DNA of 63,698 bases, filler included, from Octopus bimaculoides (GCF_001194135.2; 5 parts of 5 records of this genome joined end to end with filler, not necessarily neighbours in it), one strand, 5' to 3'. Positions 39,291 through 52,470 are shown, counted from the whole stretch's first letter. A program made the numbers and translations. The notes: a model not told the origin generated them from the letters alone.

Positions 39291-40329
39291 ACAGAGCCGG
39301 ATGATATGCCAATAAATATTTTGTTCGACGTGCTAGCGATTCTCCGAGCTCTCCGCCTTTTACCCAACTACTCCCAGCCCTTAATTATGAGGCCTTGTGT
39401 CACTGTAAAACACCACTTATATAAATCACTTCCGCTAATTACCACAAGAGAGCTGTACACGAGCTGTACACGTATCTACGGTGTTTATCTTCATGTCGTA
39501 ATTTCTTTTGTTGAATAAAACATTCCCGCGTGTGTTCTGTCGTTTCTGCTTTAACGGTTTAATCGTCGAAATGGGATTGGGACGGATGCACACCATTCAT
39601 CTCACAGTATCACCACGACAAATGGTTCCACCACTAACAATAATGATTCCAACTGTATCTAACCGTGGTGGAATAAACCAGCGTGAGTTTAGTGCATTCG
39701 TCATGTACACGATGCAGTGTTTGGTGGCACGATATGCCTCGTCGCCCATTTTGTCGCTAGACCGTAGGCTGGCTATGCATTCAGGCGGTGGCGACTGTCC
39801 AGCGCAGTAAATAAACCATCCGAATTAACTTGGTTGAAATAAAAACAACAGAACACATAAACTAATGGCTTCTCTCGCAAAAATACCCGTATGTATTGTT
39901 GTTGATGTTTTTACTGGACAAAAAATCTTTGTACTTTAGTAGGAGAAGGAAATTTTGTGAATCTCGTTTCTTTCTTAGGCTTTAACCGGTGTAAGTATTG
40001 TGAAAGAACCTCAACTGGGAATCAAACAGTTTTCAGTCTAGAATTGGCTGAGTTTTTTTCCCACATGCAGTAAAAATCTGATTAAGAAAATTAACCCAAT
40101 ACAAATTACTTGTAAAAGAATTGGGTTGCTAGATTAGTTCGTTCGGTTTTGTTTTTCTATTGTCATATTATATCTGAAAAGAGGTAAAATTTGTTCATAC
40201 TACAAAAACAATAAACAAGAGTTGAGGAAGGAAAGGAGAGTAACAAAGAAGAAAACTCCATAAAACACAAAGGTAAAATTTATTTTTCATTTTAATTTAA
40301 ATAACATCGGAAAGTATTGAAGTAAAATT

Positions 40330-40537
40330 CTTTTATTCTTCTATTCTTTTACTTGTTTCAGTCATTTGACTGCGGCCATGCTGGAGCACCGCCTTTAGTC
40401 GAGCAAACCGATCCCAGGACTTATTCTTTGTAAGCCTAGTACTTATTCTATCGGTCTGTTTTACCGAACTGCTAAATTACAGGGGCGTAAACACACCCAC
40501 ATCGGTTGTCAAGCAATGGTGGAGGGATAAACACACA

Positions 40538-40575
<38 letters not shown>

Positions 40576-40670
40576 TATACGACTGGCTTCTTTCAGTTTC
40601 CATCGTATATGTATATACGACGGGCTTCTTTCAGTTTCCATCTAGCTTCGGTTGGCCCGAGGCTATAGTA
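40330..40670 (-). mobile_element. Family A SINE (5'-truncated)
   Basis: Matches 3223-3600, with a small internal duplication around the microsatellite. Confidence 0.85.
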
Positions 40671-40999
40671 AAAGAAAAACAACAAAAGAACGAATTTACC
40701 TGACCTTCTAGTTTAAAGACCAGTATTAAGGTAGTGAGCTGACAGAATCGTTACCACATCGGAAAATGTGCTTAGCAGCATTTCGTCCGTCTTTACGTTC
40801 TGAGTTCAAATTCTGCCGAGATCGACTTTGCCATTCGTCCTTTTCGGTGTCTGAACACAGAAGGAAATGCCGCTAAACTTTTTATCAGGTGTGTTGACTA
40901 TTCTGTTAGTCTAATTGCTGAAGTAGTAGTAGTAGTAGTAGTAACAACATCTAGCAACTACCGTCTAGAAACTCCACGGTTGTCATGAAAACTACGATA

Positions 41000-41322
41000 G
41001 TGGCACTCTGTCGGTTGCGACGACGAGGGTTCCAGTTGATCCGATCAACGGAACAGCCTGCTCGTGAAATTAACGTGCAAGTGGCTGAGCATTCCACAGA
41101 CACGTCTAGCCTTAATGTAGTTCTCGGGAAGATTCAGCGTCACAAGGTTGGCCCTACAACAGAAACAGGAAGAAAGAGTGAGAGAAAGTTGTGGTGAAAG
41201 AATACAGCAGGGTTCGCCACCACCCCTGCCGAAGCGTCGTGAAGCTTTAGGTGTTTTCGTTCAATAAACACTCACAACGCCCGGTCTGGGAATCGAAACT
41301 GCGATTCTACGACCGCGAGTCC
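41000..41322 (-). mobile_element. Family C SINE (runs into gap)
   Basis: Matches 33989-34340. Confidence 0.9.
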
Positions 41323-42065
41323 NNNNNNNNNNNNNNNNNNNNNNNNNNNNNNNNNNNNNNNNNNNNNNNNNNNNNNNNNNNNNNNNNNNNNNNNNNNNNN
41401 NNNNNNNNNNNNNNNNNNNNNNNNNNNNNNNNNNNNNNNNNNNNNNNNNNNNNNNNNNNNNNNNNNNNNNNNNNNNNNNNNNNNNNNNNNNNNNNNNNNN
41501 NNNNNNNNNNNNNNNNNNNNNNNNNNNNNNNNNNNNNNNNNNNNNNNNNNNNNNNNNNNNNNNNNNNNNNNNNNNNNNNNNNNNNNNNNNNNNNNNNNNN
41601 NNNNNNNNNNNNNNNNNNNNNNNNNNNNNNNNNNNNNNNNNNNNNNNNNNNNNNNNNNNNNNNNNNNNNNNNNNNNNNNNNNNNNNNNNNNNNNNNNNNN
41701 NNNNNNNNNNNNNNNNNNNNNNNNNNNNNNNNNNNNNNNNNNNNNNNNNNNNNNNNNNNNNNNNNNNNNNNNNNNNNNNNNNNNNNNNNNNNNNNNNNNN
41801 NNNNNNNNNNNNNNNNNNNNNNNNNNNNNNNNNNNNATATATATATATATACTGTATATTATTTGCTATATTATTAGCATTATCCTGCGACTGAGAATTT
41901 AAAATCACTTCTTTAACTTTCTAAGACATCTCAACGCTTCTAAAAGCAAACTTCGTTTATTTGTTTACGTTCATCGTAATTTGCAGTTGCGTACTAGGGT
42001 CGATCTAATCGACTGACCCCTACCCCCAAAATTTCGGGCCTTGTGCCTAGAGTAGAAATGAATAT

Positions 42066-42156
42066 ATAGTACAGTACTGCTTCTTACTTCGCTGATTTTC
42101 ACCTATCGCGGGGTGGTTTTTGGAACGTAACATCCGCGATAGTCGAGGGATTACTG
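42066..42156 (-). mobile_element. Partial pogo/Tigger-like MITE
   Basis: CATCCGCGATAGTCGAGGGATTACTG|TA is the reverse complement of the left end of 23471-23698. Confidence 0.75.
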
Positions 42157-43768
42157 TAGTTAAGAATTGTATGGAGATGAATTAGCTGCTATTTCTAACT
42201 GGTGTCAAGATGATGGATGTCGATTATTGGTTGTTGGTACCAAGAATACTCTCAGTTACAGAGCAATTGAAGCTTCTATATCTACCCCTGCCGTTCACTT
42301 TCAACTTCTTTTAAGAAACGTTTCTGTAGTTCTCATATAAACTGTCACTTGTCTCAGAAAATAACAATACAAATATCTTACACCACTTTATCGTTCAAAC
42401 AGAGCATATAATGAGCCTGACATGATTTTCCACGTCAAAAATGACAATAGTGTTTTAATAATTGACATAGCTAGCAATATCGAATGACTAAAATGTTACG
42501 CAGACGCCATCTAACTTCTATCTCTGGAATTACACGGACTTAGCAATTAAATTAAAGATATTACGGTATTAGAGAAATATGTCAATCATTCCATTTGTAA
42601 TTGGTAAAACAGGAAGGATACAAAATCATTTCTGTAGAGACACAGACTGATTTTCATATAAGATTAACTATAAAGTTGCACGTTACATGGAGAAGAAAGG
42701 ATTCCAAAGGAAGTAGTGAAGTACAGCGTCGGCAAACAGTTTTACGTACAAATTAAACGCCAGAATAGGTTTTATGCGGTAAGAAAGTAAAACGTAATTT
42801 CTGGCAAAATTATTTGTAGGAGGAAAAGAAATACCAGCGGACAAATACAACGACAAATACAGAGACATACATAGACAATCACATACACAACATGCACGCG
42901 CACATACACAACATGCGCGCGCACATACACAATATGCGCGCGCACATCTACTCTCACTCACACGTATACATACATGCATACATATACACATGCATATATA
43001 TATATATATATATGCGAGTAAAAATAAATACAAAAAAGTGGGGGGGGGGTTGTATGATTGTGTATAGAGGAATATATTATTTTGTTTAAAAGAGTTCCAA
43101 CACTGTCTGTTTTTTATGTTTTATTTATATTCCTGCAAAACCAATGGAATATACAATATATAATATAATATACAATATATAATATAAAATAAAAATGGAT
43201 GGTACAATGAAATAAAGTATTGAATGTCTTATTGAATATATGGAANNNNNNNNNNNNNNNNNNNNNNNNNNNNNNNNNNNNNNNNNNNNNNNNNNNNNNN
43301 NNNNNNNNNNNNNNNNNNNNNNNNNNNNNNNNNNNNNNNNNNNNNNNNNNNNNNNNNNNNNNNNNNNNNNNNNNNNNNNNNNNNNNNNNNNNNNNNNNNN
43401 NNNNNNNNNNNNNNNNNNNNNNNNNNNNNNNNNNNNNNNNNNNNNNNNNNNNNNNNNNNNNNNNNNNNNNNNNNNNNNNNNNNNNNNNNNNNNNNNNNNN
43501 NNNNNNNNNNNNNNNNNNNNNNNNNNNNNNNNNNNNNNNNNNNNNNNNNNNNNNNNNNNNNNNNNNNNNNNNNNNNNNNNNNNNNNNNNNNNNNNNNNNN
43601 NNNNNNNNNNNNNNNNNNNNNNNNNNNNNNNNNNNNNNNNNNNNNNNNNNNNNNNNNNNNNNNNNNNNNNNNNNNNNNNNNNNNNNNNNNNNNNNNNNNN
43701 NNNNNNNNNNNNNNNNNNNNNNNNNNNNNNNNNNNNNNNNNNNNNNNNNNNNNNNNNNNNNNNNNNNN

Positions 43769-43799
<31 letters not shown>

Positions 43800-43800
<1 letters not shown>

Positions 43801-43990
43801 GTGATGTGTGTGTTTGTGTCTGTATTTGTCACTTGTGCCCCGAAACTTAGCGGTTCCGCAAAAGACACCGATAGAACAAGGGCCAGGATTATAGATGAAA
43901 TAAGTACGTGATTCGATTCATTCGACTAAGAATTCCCTAAGGCGGTGCACCAGCATGGTCGCGTTCTAATGACTGAAACAAGCAACAGAT
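43800..43990 (+). mobile_element. Family A SINE, 3' half
   Basis: CCGAAACTTAGCGGTTCCGCAAAAGACACCGATAGAA...CAGCATGGTCGCGTTCTAATGACTGAAACAAG. Confidence 0.7.
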
Positions 43991-44985
43991 AAAAGATAAA
44001 AATAATATAATGATGATGACGATGATAATGATACCGCTTACCAATAACAATACCGCTACTATCAACCACAACGAAAACAATGATAATTACAATAATGATG
44101 ATAAATATAATCATATTGTTGAAGCTAATTAGAATTTCTCTTTGAACTAATTAACACCATCTGTATAATCATTGAATGTAATCCTCGGACCGGGAGACCT
44201 TTTTCTTGTCTCTTAATTTTGTTTAAATCCAAGGATAATCTTTACTTATAAACGACATATGTTAATCTTTATGCACCGGATGTGACCGGAAGAATTAGGG
44301 CAGTTGGCTTTGTTTTTTGTGAGATGACCTCTGAATGTTTGTCACTATACGGCTCAGGCCTCCTTACCGATAATTAGCAATTATGACGGAGGTGCAGCTT
44401 GCGACTGGAATCGGAAGACTATTTTATATTGATCCCTAACTTAGATGCAAAGCAACAGAATTGAATGGGTTGTGAGGTCATGTGTTTAAATTAAACAAAG
44501 ATGAGCAAAGAGAAACAATTTAAGAGTGACTTTTGGTATAGATTTGAACAACATTGATGAATGCAGATATGTCAATTACCATACAACATATAGGGATGTG
44601 TCATAATTATCAAATAGTTATTGAGACCAGCTCCAAATAAGGAGACAGAATCTTAAGATTCAAGGATTCTCCAAATTTGACATGCCTCTGTACGAGGCTT
44701 TGTAGTAGAAGACACTTACCCTAGGTGCCACGCAGTGAGACTGAACCCGGAACCATGTGGTTGGGAAACAAATTTCGTACCACACACCCACACTTGCACC
44801 TATATGGGTTCAAATTTTTTTCAGTTTTATTTTTCCGGACTAACACCGTGAATTGGCAAAATTAAGATCTTTTTCTTCCACTCTTATTAAGCAAAAAGTA
44901 ATAAGACATTGAGAGTGTTTTTGTTGTTAAAAACGATTACGCCTAAGTTATAAATATAAACAAATTGACACTCACCACATATAAA

Positions 44986-45547
44986 TCTATATACATAAAT
45001 GTGAAATGGTGTCTGTCTGTGTGTTTGGGGTTACTCTAACTCCACCCACACCGTCCAACCGATTTTAATGGTTTTTGGCACATAGGTAGATCACATGTCC
45101 TGAAGTTCAACTAAGGCCGGGATTTTTCGAAAACACAATAATGCTGAGTTGGCATCGATTTTTGTGAGCTCAATCGGGCGTTATAATGGAAATTCCCATA
45201 ACGGTATTATTTTTCCTGCAGCTTTTGTATTTTTTCTCGTGTTAAATTTCAACAATATCAATAGAATATTCATTTATTACTTCAGCCTCATTTCACTGCA
45301 CCACTGAACACGTCGTCGTCGGCTGCAAAAGCTCCACCCCGTCAACAAAACTCCGTCGAATGCTCTGACCATTTTCCCTTCGCCTGCCACACATCTACTC
45401 ATCCTGAAACAGATATAATCCCAAACCAGATGTAACATCTTAATGGGTAATAGTTGGCACGAGGAACGTAGAAGATTTCAGTACAAGGTCAGAGGTGGGC
45501 TTAACATCAATACGGAAAACACGATCACCGCCGGGTCCAACAGCTAG
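44986..45547 (+). mobile_element. Non-autonomous Helitron-like element
   Basis: Starts A|TCTATATACATAAA and ends CCGCCGGGTCCAACAGCTAG|T, giving the TC...CTAG termini in an AT target with no TSD, as expected for Helitrons; the 3' hairpin is weak. Confidence 0.65.
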
Positions 45548-45938
45548 TACATACATAAATACATACATAGATACATATATACATACATGCATACCTACAT
45601 TACATACATCTATATTATAATGGAGAAAGCTGCTTATTAATTAGGTATATAACAGTTAGTAAAAGAAAGCAATTATTAAAGGCTTGACCGTCTGGAAATT
45701 TTTTATAAATTCATGTTCCAAGAAATTTCCTGTAATTTCGATTTCTGAAGTTTATTGAGTATTTGAACTACAAGTTTTCACAAATTTACATATTCGTTGC
45801 ACTCACTGCTGAGTAGATTTTATGCCTTAGCTTCGCCATCGCCCACGGTAATGCTGCGAGCGTGCTGGCTTGTTTCAGTAGGTTCCGTTAAACATTGTAC
45901 TGTGATAAAAAAAAAATCCCCACAAATGGTTTCAATAC

Positions 45939-46101
45939 AGTTTTAACAGAAAGATTTGGAAGAATTAGATGAAAGTTCTCCAATAATTCTCTTTCATCTA
46001 AATAAATGTTTATGTTAACTAAGTTTTAACAGAAGCAATTGGAAGAATTAGATGAAAGTTCTCCGGTAATTTTCTTTCATGTAAATAAATGTTTATGCTA
46101 A
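45939..46101 (+). repeat. ~82-bp tandem duplication inside a probable second Helitron-like repeat starting near 45609
   Basis: AGTTTTAACAGAA...TTGGAAGAATTAGATGAAAGTTCTCC...TTTCAT.TAAATAAATGTTTATG occurs twice. Confidence 0.8.
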
Positions 46102-47299
46102 TTTTAAAAAATTGCCAACAAAATCTCATAGAACGACAATGTTCTAAAAGATGTACATGTTTATATGTTATGTATGAAAATATTAATTCCTTGCAGGCAA
46201 AATTTTCCGTTTTCATTTGCAACAGACTCTCAGTCTTTCTCACCTCTATATTCATTAAAGCAAATTTAACATATATTAAATTCAATGTTTTCATTTCAAG
46301 TTTCAATTCACTATTTGCAAAACCCACAGTTTCTTCTATATACGTAATGTAAACAAATTATTTATTGAATGAATGAATGCTATTAGACAAAATAGCTGTA
46401 TAACTTTGAGGTTTATTTTCGATAAGATGAAATTTTTTTAATATACCGGCATAGTTTTTTTAAAAAAAAATAAAGAAATGATTTTGTTTGTATGGCTGTT
46501 TGGAACGCTATGAGTCTTACAATAATAACTATGTGATCGCTGCTATTTCTTGCACGCTAAAGTTTGTTTAAATTAGAGATATATTACAACTACGGTAAAT
46601 TACTGAAAGAAATATTTTCTAAGCAAGTGAGATATTTTATAAATTGAAGTTTTCTGGAAAATTTACCTTTTGAATTTCCTTTTATTACTGAATGTTTGAA
46701 GTTCACGGATTTAAATATTCGGTACAAGATTATTTTNNNNNNNNNNNNNNNNNNNNNNNNNNNNNNNNNNNNNNNNNNNNNNNNNNNNNNNNNNNNNNNN
46801 NNNNNNNNNNNNNNNNNNNNNNNNNNNNNNNNNNNNNNNNNNNNNNNNNNNNNNNNNNNNNNNNNNNNNNNNNNNNNNNNNNNNNNNNNNNNNNNNNNNN
46901 NNNNNNNNNNNNNNNNNNNNNNNNNNNNNNNNNNNNNNNNNNNNNNNNNNNNNNNNNNNNNNNNNNNNNNNNNNNNNNNNNNNNNNNNNNNNNNNNNNNN
47001 NNNNNNNNNNNNNNNNNNNNNNNNNNNNNNNNNTAGATAGATAGATAGATAGATGGATAATGCTATTTAAAATATTTTTATTGGTGAAATGAAAATTTGA
47101 TATTGAGATGAATCATAAAGAAATATGAAATAAAAAGGGAGTTAAAATGGTTTTGATAGAAATATTTCAAGATTTGCTTACTGAACTTTGATTTTAATTA
47201 GATTTTAACGTTTACACACACAAACACCCCCCCACACACACACACATACACACACACATACGCACATATGCACACACACATATATGTATGTGTATATAA

Positions 47300-47491
47300 G
47301 GAGGCGAACTGGCAGAAGCGTTAGCGCGCTGGTCGAAATGCTTAGCGGCATTTTGTCTGTTGTTATGTTCTGAGTTCAAATTCCACTGAGGTCAACTTTG
47401 TCTTTCATCCTTTCGGGTCGATAAATTAAGTACCAGTTGCGTATTGGCGCTGATCTAATCGACTGGTCCCTTCCCCCCAAAAAATTCGGGC
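47300..47491 (+). mobile_element. Family B SINE
   Basis: AGGAGGCGAACTGGCAGAAGCGTTAGC head and central domain. Confidence 0.85.
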
Positions 47492-47625
47492 CATATGTGT
47501 ATATATGTTTATATCTATCAATAGGTGTATATATATAAACAAATAGTAAATGAGTATATGCATATATACGTACAAGTATGTGCATACCGACATCCACCTG
47601 TATGTATAGGTGCATATCTGGGTAC

Positions 47626-47725
47626 NNNNNNNNNNNNNNNNNNNNNNNNNNNNNNNNNNNNNNNNNNNNTTAATTAATTAANNNNNNNNNNNNNNNNNNN
47701 NNNNNNNNNNNNNNNNNNNNNNNNN
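47626..47725. other. Artificial scaffold linker N44-TTAATTAATTAA-N44
   Basis: 12-mer at 47670-47681 with 44 N on each side. Confidence 0.95.
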
Positions 47726-47772
47726 ACCCTAACCCTAGGTTTAGGGTTAGGGTTAGGGTTAGGGTTAGGGTT
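47726..47772 (+). repeat. Telomere-motif palindrome: (CCCTAA)x2 facing (TTAGGG)x5
   Basis: ACCCTAACCCTAGGTTTAGGGTTAGGGTTAGGGTTAGGGTTAGGGTT read directly. Confidence 0.9.
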
Positions 47773-48149
47773 AATTGTTTCAGAATCGTTTGTTTATGTA
47801 GTCGGCACTTAATGTATATCGGCTGAATGGACGTCAGTGATTGGTTGAAATTACAGAAATACGACAACTTTAACATGGAATAACTTAGGGATTTCTTTTT
47901 TTTTTAAGAAGACTAAGAGAAAAAGATGTTTTATATGACACATTCTACCAGTGTTCCAAGTTTCAAAGTGTTTCGTTAATGAAAAATGTGGCCCCCGTTT
48001 TAAAAAAGATCCCATTGTTTCTTCGCAGTTTTATTCAAACCTTCTCTTTGATCGTTTCCAGTCGCATGGCATGGAATTTAACCCTAGTTTCGGTAACGCT
48101 ATTGTTGTAAGAGAAAAGTATGAATATTTGAGGACAATAACTGGGATGA

Positions 48150-48500
48150 TTAGCTTCAGGTTCAGTCTCACTGCGTGGCACCTGGGGCAAGTGTCTTCGG
48201 TTATAACCCTGGGCTGACCAAAACCTTTTGAGCAGATCTGGTAGGCAGAGACTGAAAGAAGCCCATCATGTGTGTTTGTGCGTGTGTTTGTGTGTGTATA
48301 TAAGCTTGGCTGTGTGGTAACAAGTTTGCTTCCCAACCACATGGTTCCAGGTTCAATCCCAATGTGCATGCATACACACACATATGCATACATAGGCACA
48401 GGTGTGGCTGTGTGTTAAGAGTCTTGTTTTACCAAAGCCTTGTGAGTGGATTTTGTAGACAGAAACTGAAAGAAGCCCATCATATATATATATTTATATA
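48150..48500 (+). mobile_element. Stacked family A SINE 5' fragments
   Basis: Three partial heads (about 48150-48300, 48305-48365, 48400-48500). Confidence 0.75.
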
Positions 48501-48544
48501 TATATGTGTGTGTGTGTGTATGTATGTGCATGTGCTTGTGTGTG

Positions 48545-48590
<46 letters not shown>

Positions 48591-48599
48591 TGTATGTAT

Positions 48600-48790
48600 A
48601 GTGAGAATTTATAAAAAAACAAAAGATGAAGACAGGCGTGTAAACAACAAACAGATGTATTAGTTTAATGCTTGGTCAGTGAGAAAGTCTTTTACGTTTC
48701 GAGCCGACACTCTTCGACAGAAAGGAACACAGAAATAAACAGGGAGAGAAAAAAGAAAAAGGTTTAGTGGCTAGCGATCTACTTCCGAAA
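48600..48790 (-). mobile_element. Diverged short Penelope-type element with hammerhead-like core
   Basis: Minus strand CTGTCGAAGAGTGTCGGCTCGAAACGTAAAAGACTTTC; abuts a (TATG)n tract. Confidence 0.6.
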
Positions 48791-48865
48791 AGTTAGACAG
48801 TTTCCAGCCAAACCCTCTAACCCATGCCGGCATAGAAATCTGGCAGTATATGATGACGACAATGA

Positions 48866-48899
<34 letters not shown>

Positions 48900-49104
48900 T
48901 TAGTGTATGCAGTTAATATATGCATATTACTCCATTCACTAAATTTATATATACTCAAGTACCCAAAATAACAGGGAGTTTCTACCTCATAAACAGGAGT
49001 TACACCACAGTCATTTTGTGATCTTTGCTACCCTGGTATCTATTAACCAATTTATTTTGTCCAAGTTATTTATTAACTAGGAGAAAATAAATACATATTA
49101 TAAA

Positions 49105-49155
<51 letters not shown>

Positions 49156-49174
49156 ACAGACAGTACAGACTGTA

Positions 49175-49325
49175 ATGTGGTTGGCATTAGGAAGGGCATC
49201 CAGCTGTAAAAACCAAGCCAAATCTGACTATAGTCTGGTACAACCCCCTGGCTTGCTAGCTCTGGTCACATTGTCCATTGCATGCCAGTATGGACAACGG
49301 ACGTTAAATGATGATGATGATGATG
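49175..49325 (+). mobile_element. RTE-type LINE/SINE 3' tail ending in (GAT)n
   Basis: GTGGTTGGCATTAGGAAGGGCATCCAGCTGTAAAAAC...GGACGTTAAATGATGATGATG; a related minus-strand copy at about 51000-51125. Confidence 0.65.
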
Positions 49326-49379
49326 GTCAACTGCTAGTGTTCACATAAGCTCACTCCCACCATCGGACCGACATTGCTT

Positions 49380-50220
49380 GCACAGGATCGCGGTTTCAAT
49401 TCCCAGACTGGGCGTTGTGAGAGTGTTTATTGAGCGAAAGCACCTAAAAAAAGCTCCACGAGGCTCCGGCAGGGGATGGTGGTGGCGAACCCTGCTGTAC
49501 TCTTCCACCACAACTTTCTGTCACTCTTTCTTCCTGTTTCTGTTGTGCCTGTAATTCAAAGGGTCAGCCTTGTCACACTCTGTGTCACGCTGANNNNNNN
49601 NNNNNNNNNNNNNNNNNNNNNNNNNNNNNNNNNNNNNNNNNNNNNNNNNNNNNNNNNNNNNNNNNNNNNNNNNNNNNNNNNNNNNNNNNNNNNNNNNNNN
49701 NNNNNNNNNNNNNNNNNNNNNNNNNNNNNNNNNNNNNNNNNNNNNNNNNNNNNNNNNNNNNNNNNNNNNNNNNNNNNNNNNNNNNNNNNNNNNNNNNNNN
49801 NNNNNNNNNNNNNNNNNNNNNNNNNNNNNNNNNNNNNNNNNNNNNNNNNNNNNNNNNNNNNNNNNNNNNNNNNNNNNNNNNNNNNNNNNNNNNNNNNNNN
49901 NNNNNNNNNNNNNNNNNNNNNNNNNNNNNNNNNNNNAAGCAAGAGAAGACAGCAATGACAGCTAGAAGAATATGTACAGTCTGGTTGGCACTCCGTCGCT
50001 TACGACGTCGAGGGTTCCAGTTAATCCGATCAATGGAACAGCCTGCTCGTGAAATTAACGTGCAAGTGGTTGAGCACTCCACAGACACGTGTACCCTTAA
50101 TGTAGTTCTTGGAGATATTCACCGTGACACAGTGTGACAAGGCTGACCGCTTTGAATTACAGGCACAACAGAAACAGGAAGAAAGAGTGAGAGACAGTTG
50201 TGGTGAAAGAGTACAGCAAG
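49380..50220. mobile_element. Two family C SINE parts in inverted orientation across a gap
   Basis: 49380-49593 is a plus-strand 5' part; 49985-50220 is a minus-strand 3' part. Confidence 0.85.
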
Positions 50221-50309
50221 AGTACATCAGTCCTGATCAAAGATGTTCCAGCTGTGACCATCCTGACTTTTATTCAGACATAGTGTATCAAGAACTACAT
50301 TATCTCATC

Positions 50310-50555
50310 CAGTGGTTCCCAAACTTTTATGGGCTGCCACCCCATTGGCACCCAGGCCACACATACGCACCCCCAACATAGACCATTTTCTGCACCAAAT
50401 TCAAAGCAACAGAATTTCACAAATAAATCTTAACCTAATTAACTCATTTAGTTGTTTTGACATCTATTGCCTCCTTCTTTGGAAACCCCATTATCACCCC
50501 CACTTTTCTTCAACACCTCCCTGGGGGGAAGTACCACTCACTTTGGGAACCACTG
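50310..50555. mobile_element. hAT (Charlie-like) MITE
   Basis: TIRs CAGTGGTTCCCAAA / TTTGGGAACCACTG; 8-bp flanks ATCTCATC and ATCTAATA (6/8). Confidence 0.85.
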
Positions 50556-50809
50556 ATCTAATATATCCTTCCTTGTCGTTGTTGTTTTTTAAGACCCCAA
50601 ATTAGTTTTGAGCTAACCAACCTATGATTAACACTGATTGCATAATTAAACTTCAATTAATATTTCTTTTTGCTTCTGTCATACTTTCTCATTACCTCCC
50701 GTAGGAAATACGGTTTTCACATCCACCACTAAAAGCCATTTGATTCTTCGTCTTTAGAGAGATATCTGATGAGGTACATGGAAAAAAGTTAAGAAAAATC
50801 TAAATGGGT

Positions 50810-50990
50810 GCAGGTGTGGCCGTGTGGTAAGAAGCTTGCTTCCCAACCCCATGGTTCCAGGTTCAATCCCACTATATGATACGTTAGGCAAGTGTCTTCT
50901 ACTCTATAGCCTCGGGCTGACCAAAGCTTTGTGAGTAGATTTGGTAGACGGAAACTGAAAGAAGCCCGTCGTATATATATGTATATATAT
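50810..50990 (+). mobile_element. Family A SINE, 5' half
   Basis: GCAGGTGTGGCCGTGTGGTAAGAAGCTTGCTTCCCAAC... through GAAACTGAAAGAAGCCCGTCGTATATAT. Confidence 0.85.
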
Positions 50991-52047
50991 ATATATCATC
51001 ATCATCATCATCATCATCATCGTTTAACGTCCGCTTTCCATGCTAGCATGGGTTGGACGATTTGACTGAGGACTGGTGAAACCGGATGGCAACACCAGGC
51101 TCCAGTCTGATTTGGCAGAGTTTCTNNNNNNNNNNNNNNNNNNNNNNNNNNNNNNNNNNNNNNNNNNNNNNNNNNNNNNNNNNNNNNNNNNNNNNNNNNN
51201 NNNNNNNNNNNNNNNNNNNNNNNNNNNNNNNNNNNNNNNNNNNNNNNNNNNNNNNNNNNNNNNNNNNNNNNNNNNNNNNNNNNNNNNNNNNNNNNNNNNN
51301 NNNNNNNNNNNNNNNNNNNNNNNNNNNNNNNNNNNNNNNNNNNNNNNNNNNNNNNNNNNNNNNNNNNNNNNNNNNNNNNNNNNNNNNNNNNNNNNNNNNN
51401 NNNNNNNNNNNNNNNNNNNNNNNNNNNNNNNNNNNNNNNNNNNNNNNNNNNNNNNNNNNNNNNNNNNNNNNNNNNNNNNNNNNNNNNNNNNNNNNNNNAT
51501 AGAATAAGTACTAGGCTTCCAAAGAATAAGTCCTGGGGTTGAGTTCTTTGACTAAAACCCTTTAAGGTGGTGCTCCAGCATGGCCACAGACAAATGACTG
51601 AAACGAGTAAAAGAAGTGTCTTTTGTAGAAAGTGTAAACTAGGGATGTCTACACGTCTCACTGCATAACGAGAGGGTTTTTATTTTCAAAGCCATGGGGT
51701 AAAACCCGCTTTCCGCAGTTAACAGGAATAAAAATTCTGAGCAAGATATATCCGGTTTCGGCATTCAAATGTTTAATGAGGATTTCATTAAGTGGAGAAA
51801 AAAAAAAAAAAAACAGTAAGAATTAACAGCAACTGGTGTCACATAATTGTATATGTGTGGTTAGATGAAAATGAGGTGTGGTCTAACTACAGGAAATCAT
51901 TTTGAATGATCCACCAAGTCTCAAAGAAAAAAAAAAATAACAGTGTTTTTTTTATTTTTCTCGAGAAAGTCATGCCTCAAGAGATTCTTGTAAACATCCA
52001 CATCATCTATGGAAACTTATGTACGACACAATCTGAATTGTCTAAAG

Positions 52048-52470
52048 CAGTGGCTCTCAACTATTTTTTTCATCTATGAACCCCTTTTATTACTGTTTTG
52101 TTCTGGTGGACCCCCTCACAGCCATTCGATGTTTAAGAACTAGTTTTATAGAAACTTCTTTGAAAATTCCTATTTTGTTTTTCACACATTCCCTCTTGTA
52201 GGTTGAACAATATAAAACATGGTTCTCAACCATTCTTTATCTATGGACTCCCTTTGATTACTATTTTATTCTGGTGGACCCCTCACAGCCATTCGATGTT
52301 TAAGAACTAGTTTTATAGAAAATTCTTTGAAAATTCCTATTTTGTTTTTCACACATTCCCTCTTGTAGGTTGAACAATATAAAACATGGTTCTCAACCAT
52401 TCTTTATCTAAGGAACTCCCTTTGATTACTACTTTACTCTGGTGGATCCCTGCCCCATAGCCATTCAACC
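52048..52470 (+). repeat. ~167-bp tandem array (2.5 units) derived from a hAT-like left end
   Basis: Units start at 52048 (CAGTGGCTCTCAAC), 52218 and 52385 (CATGGTTCTCAACC); units 1 and 2 are near-identical over their last ~120 bp. Confidence 0.85.
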
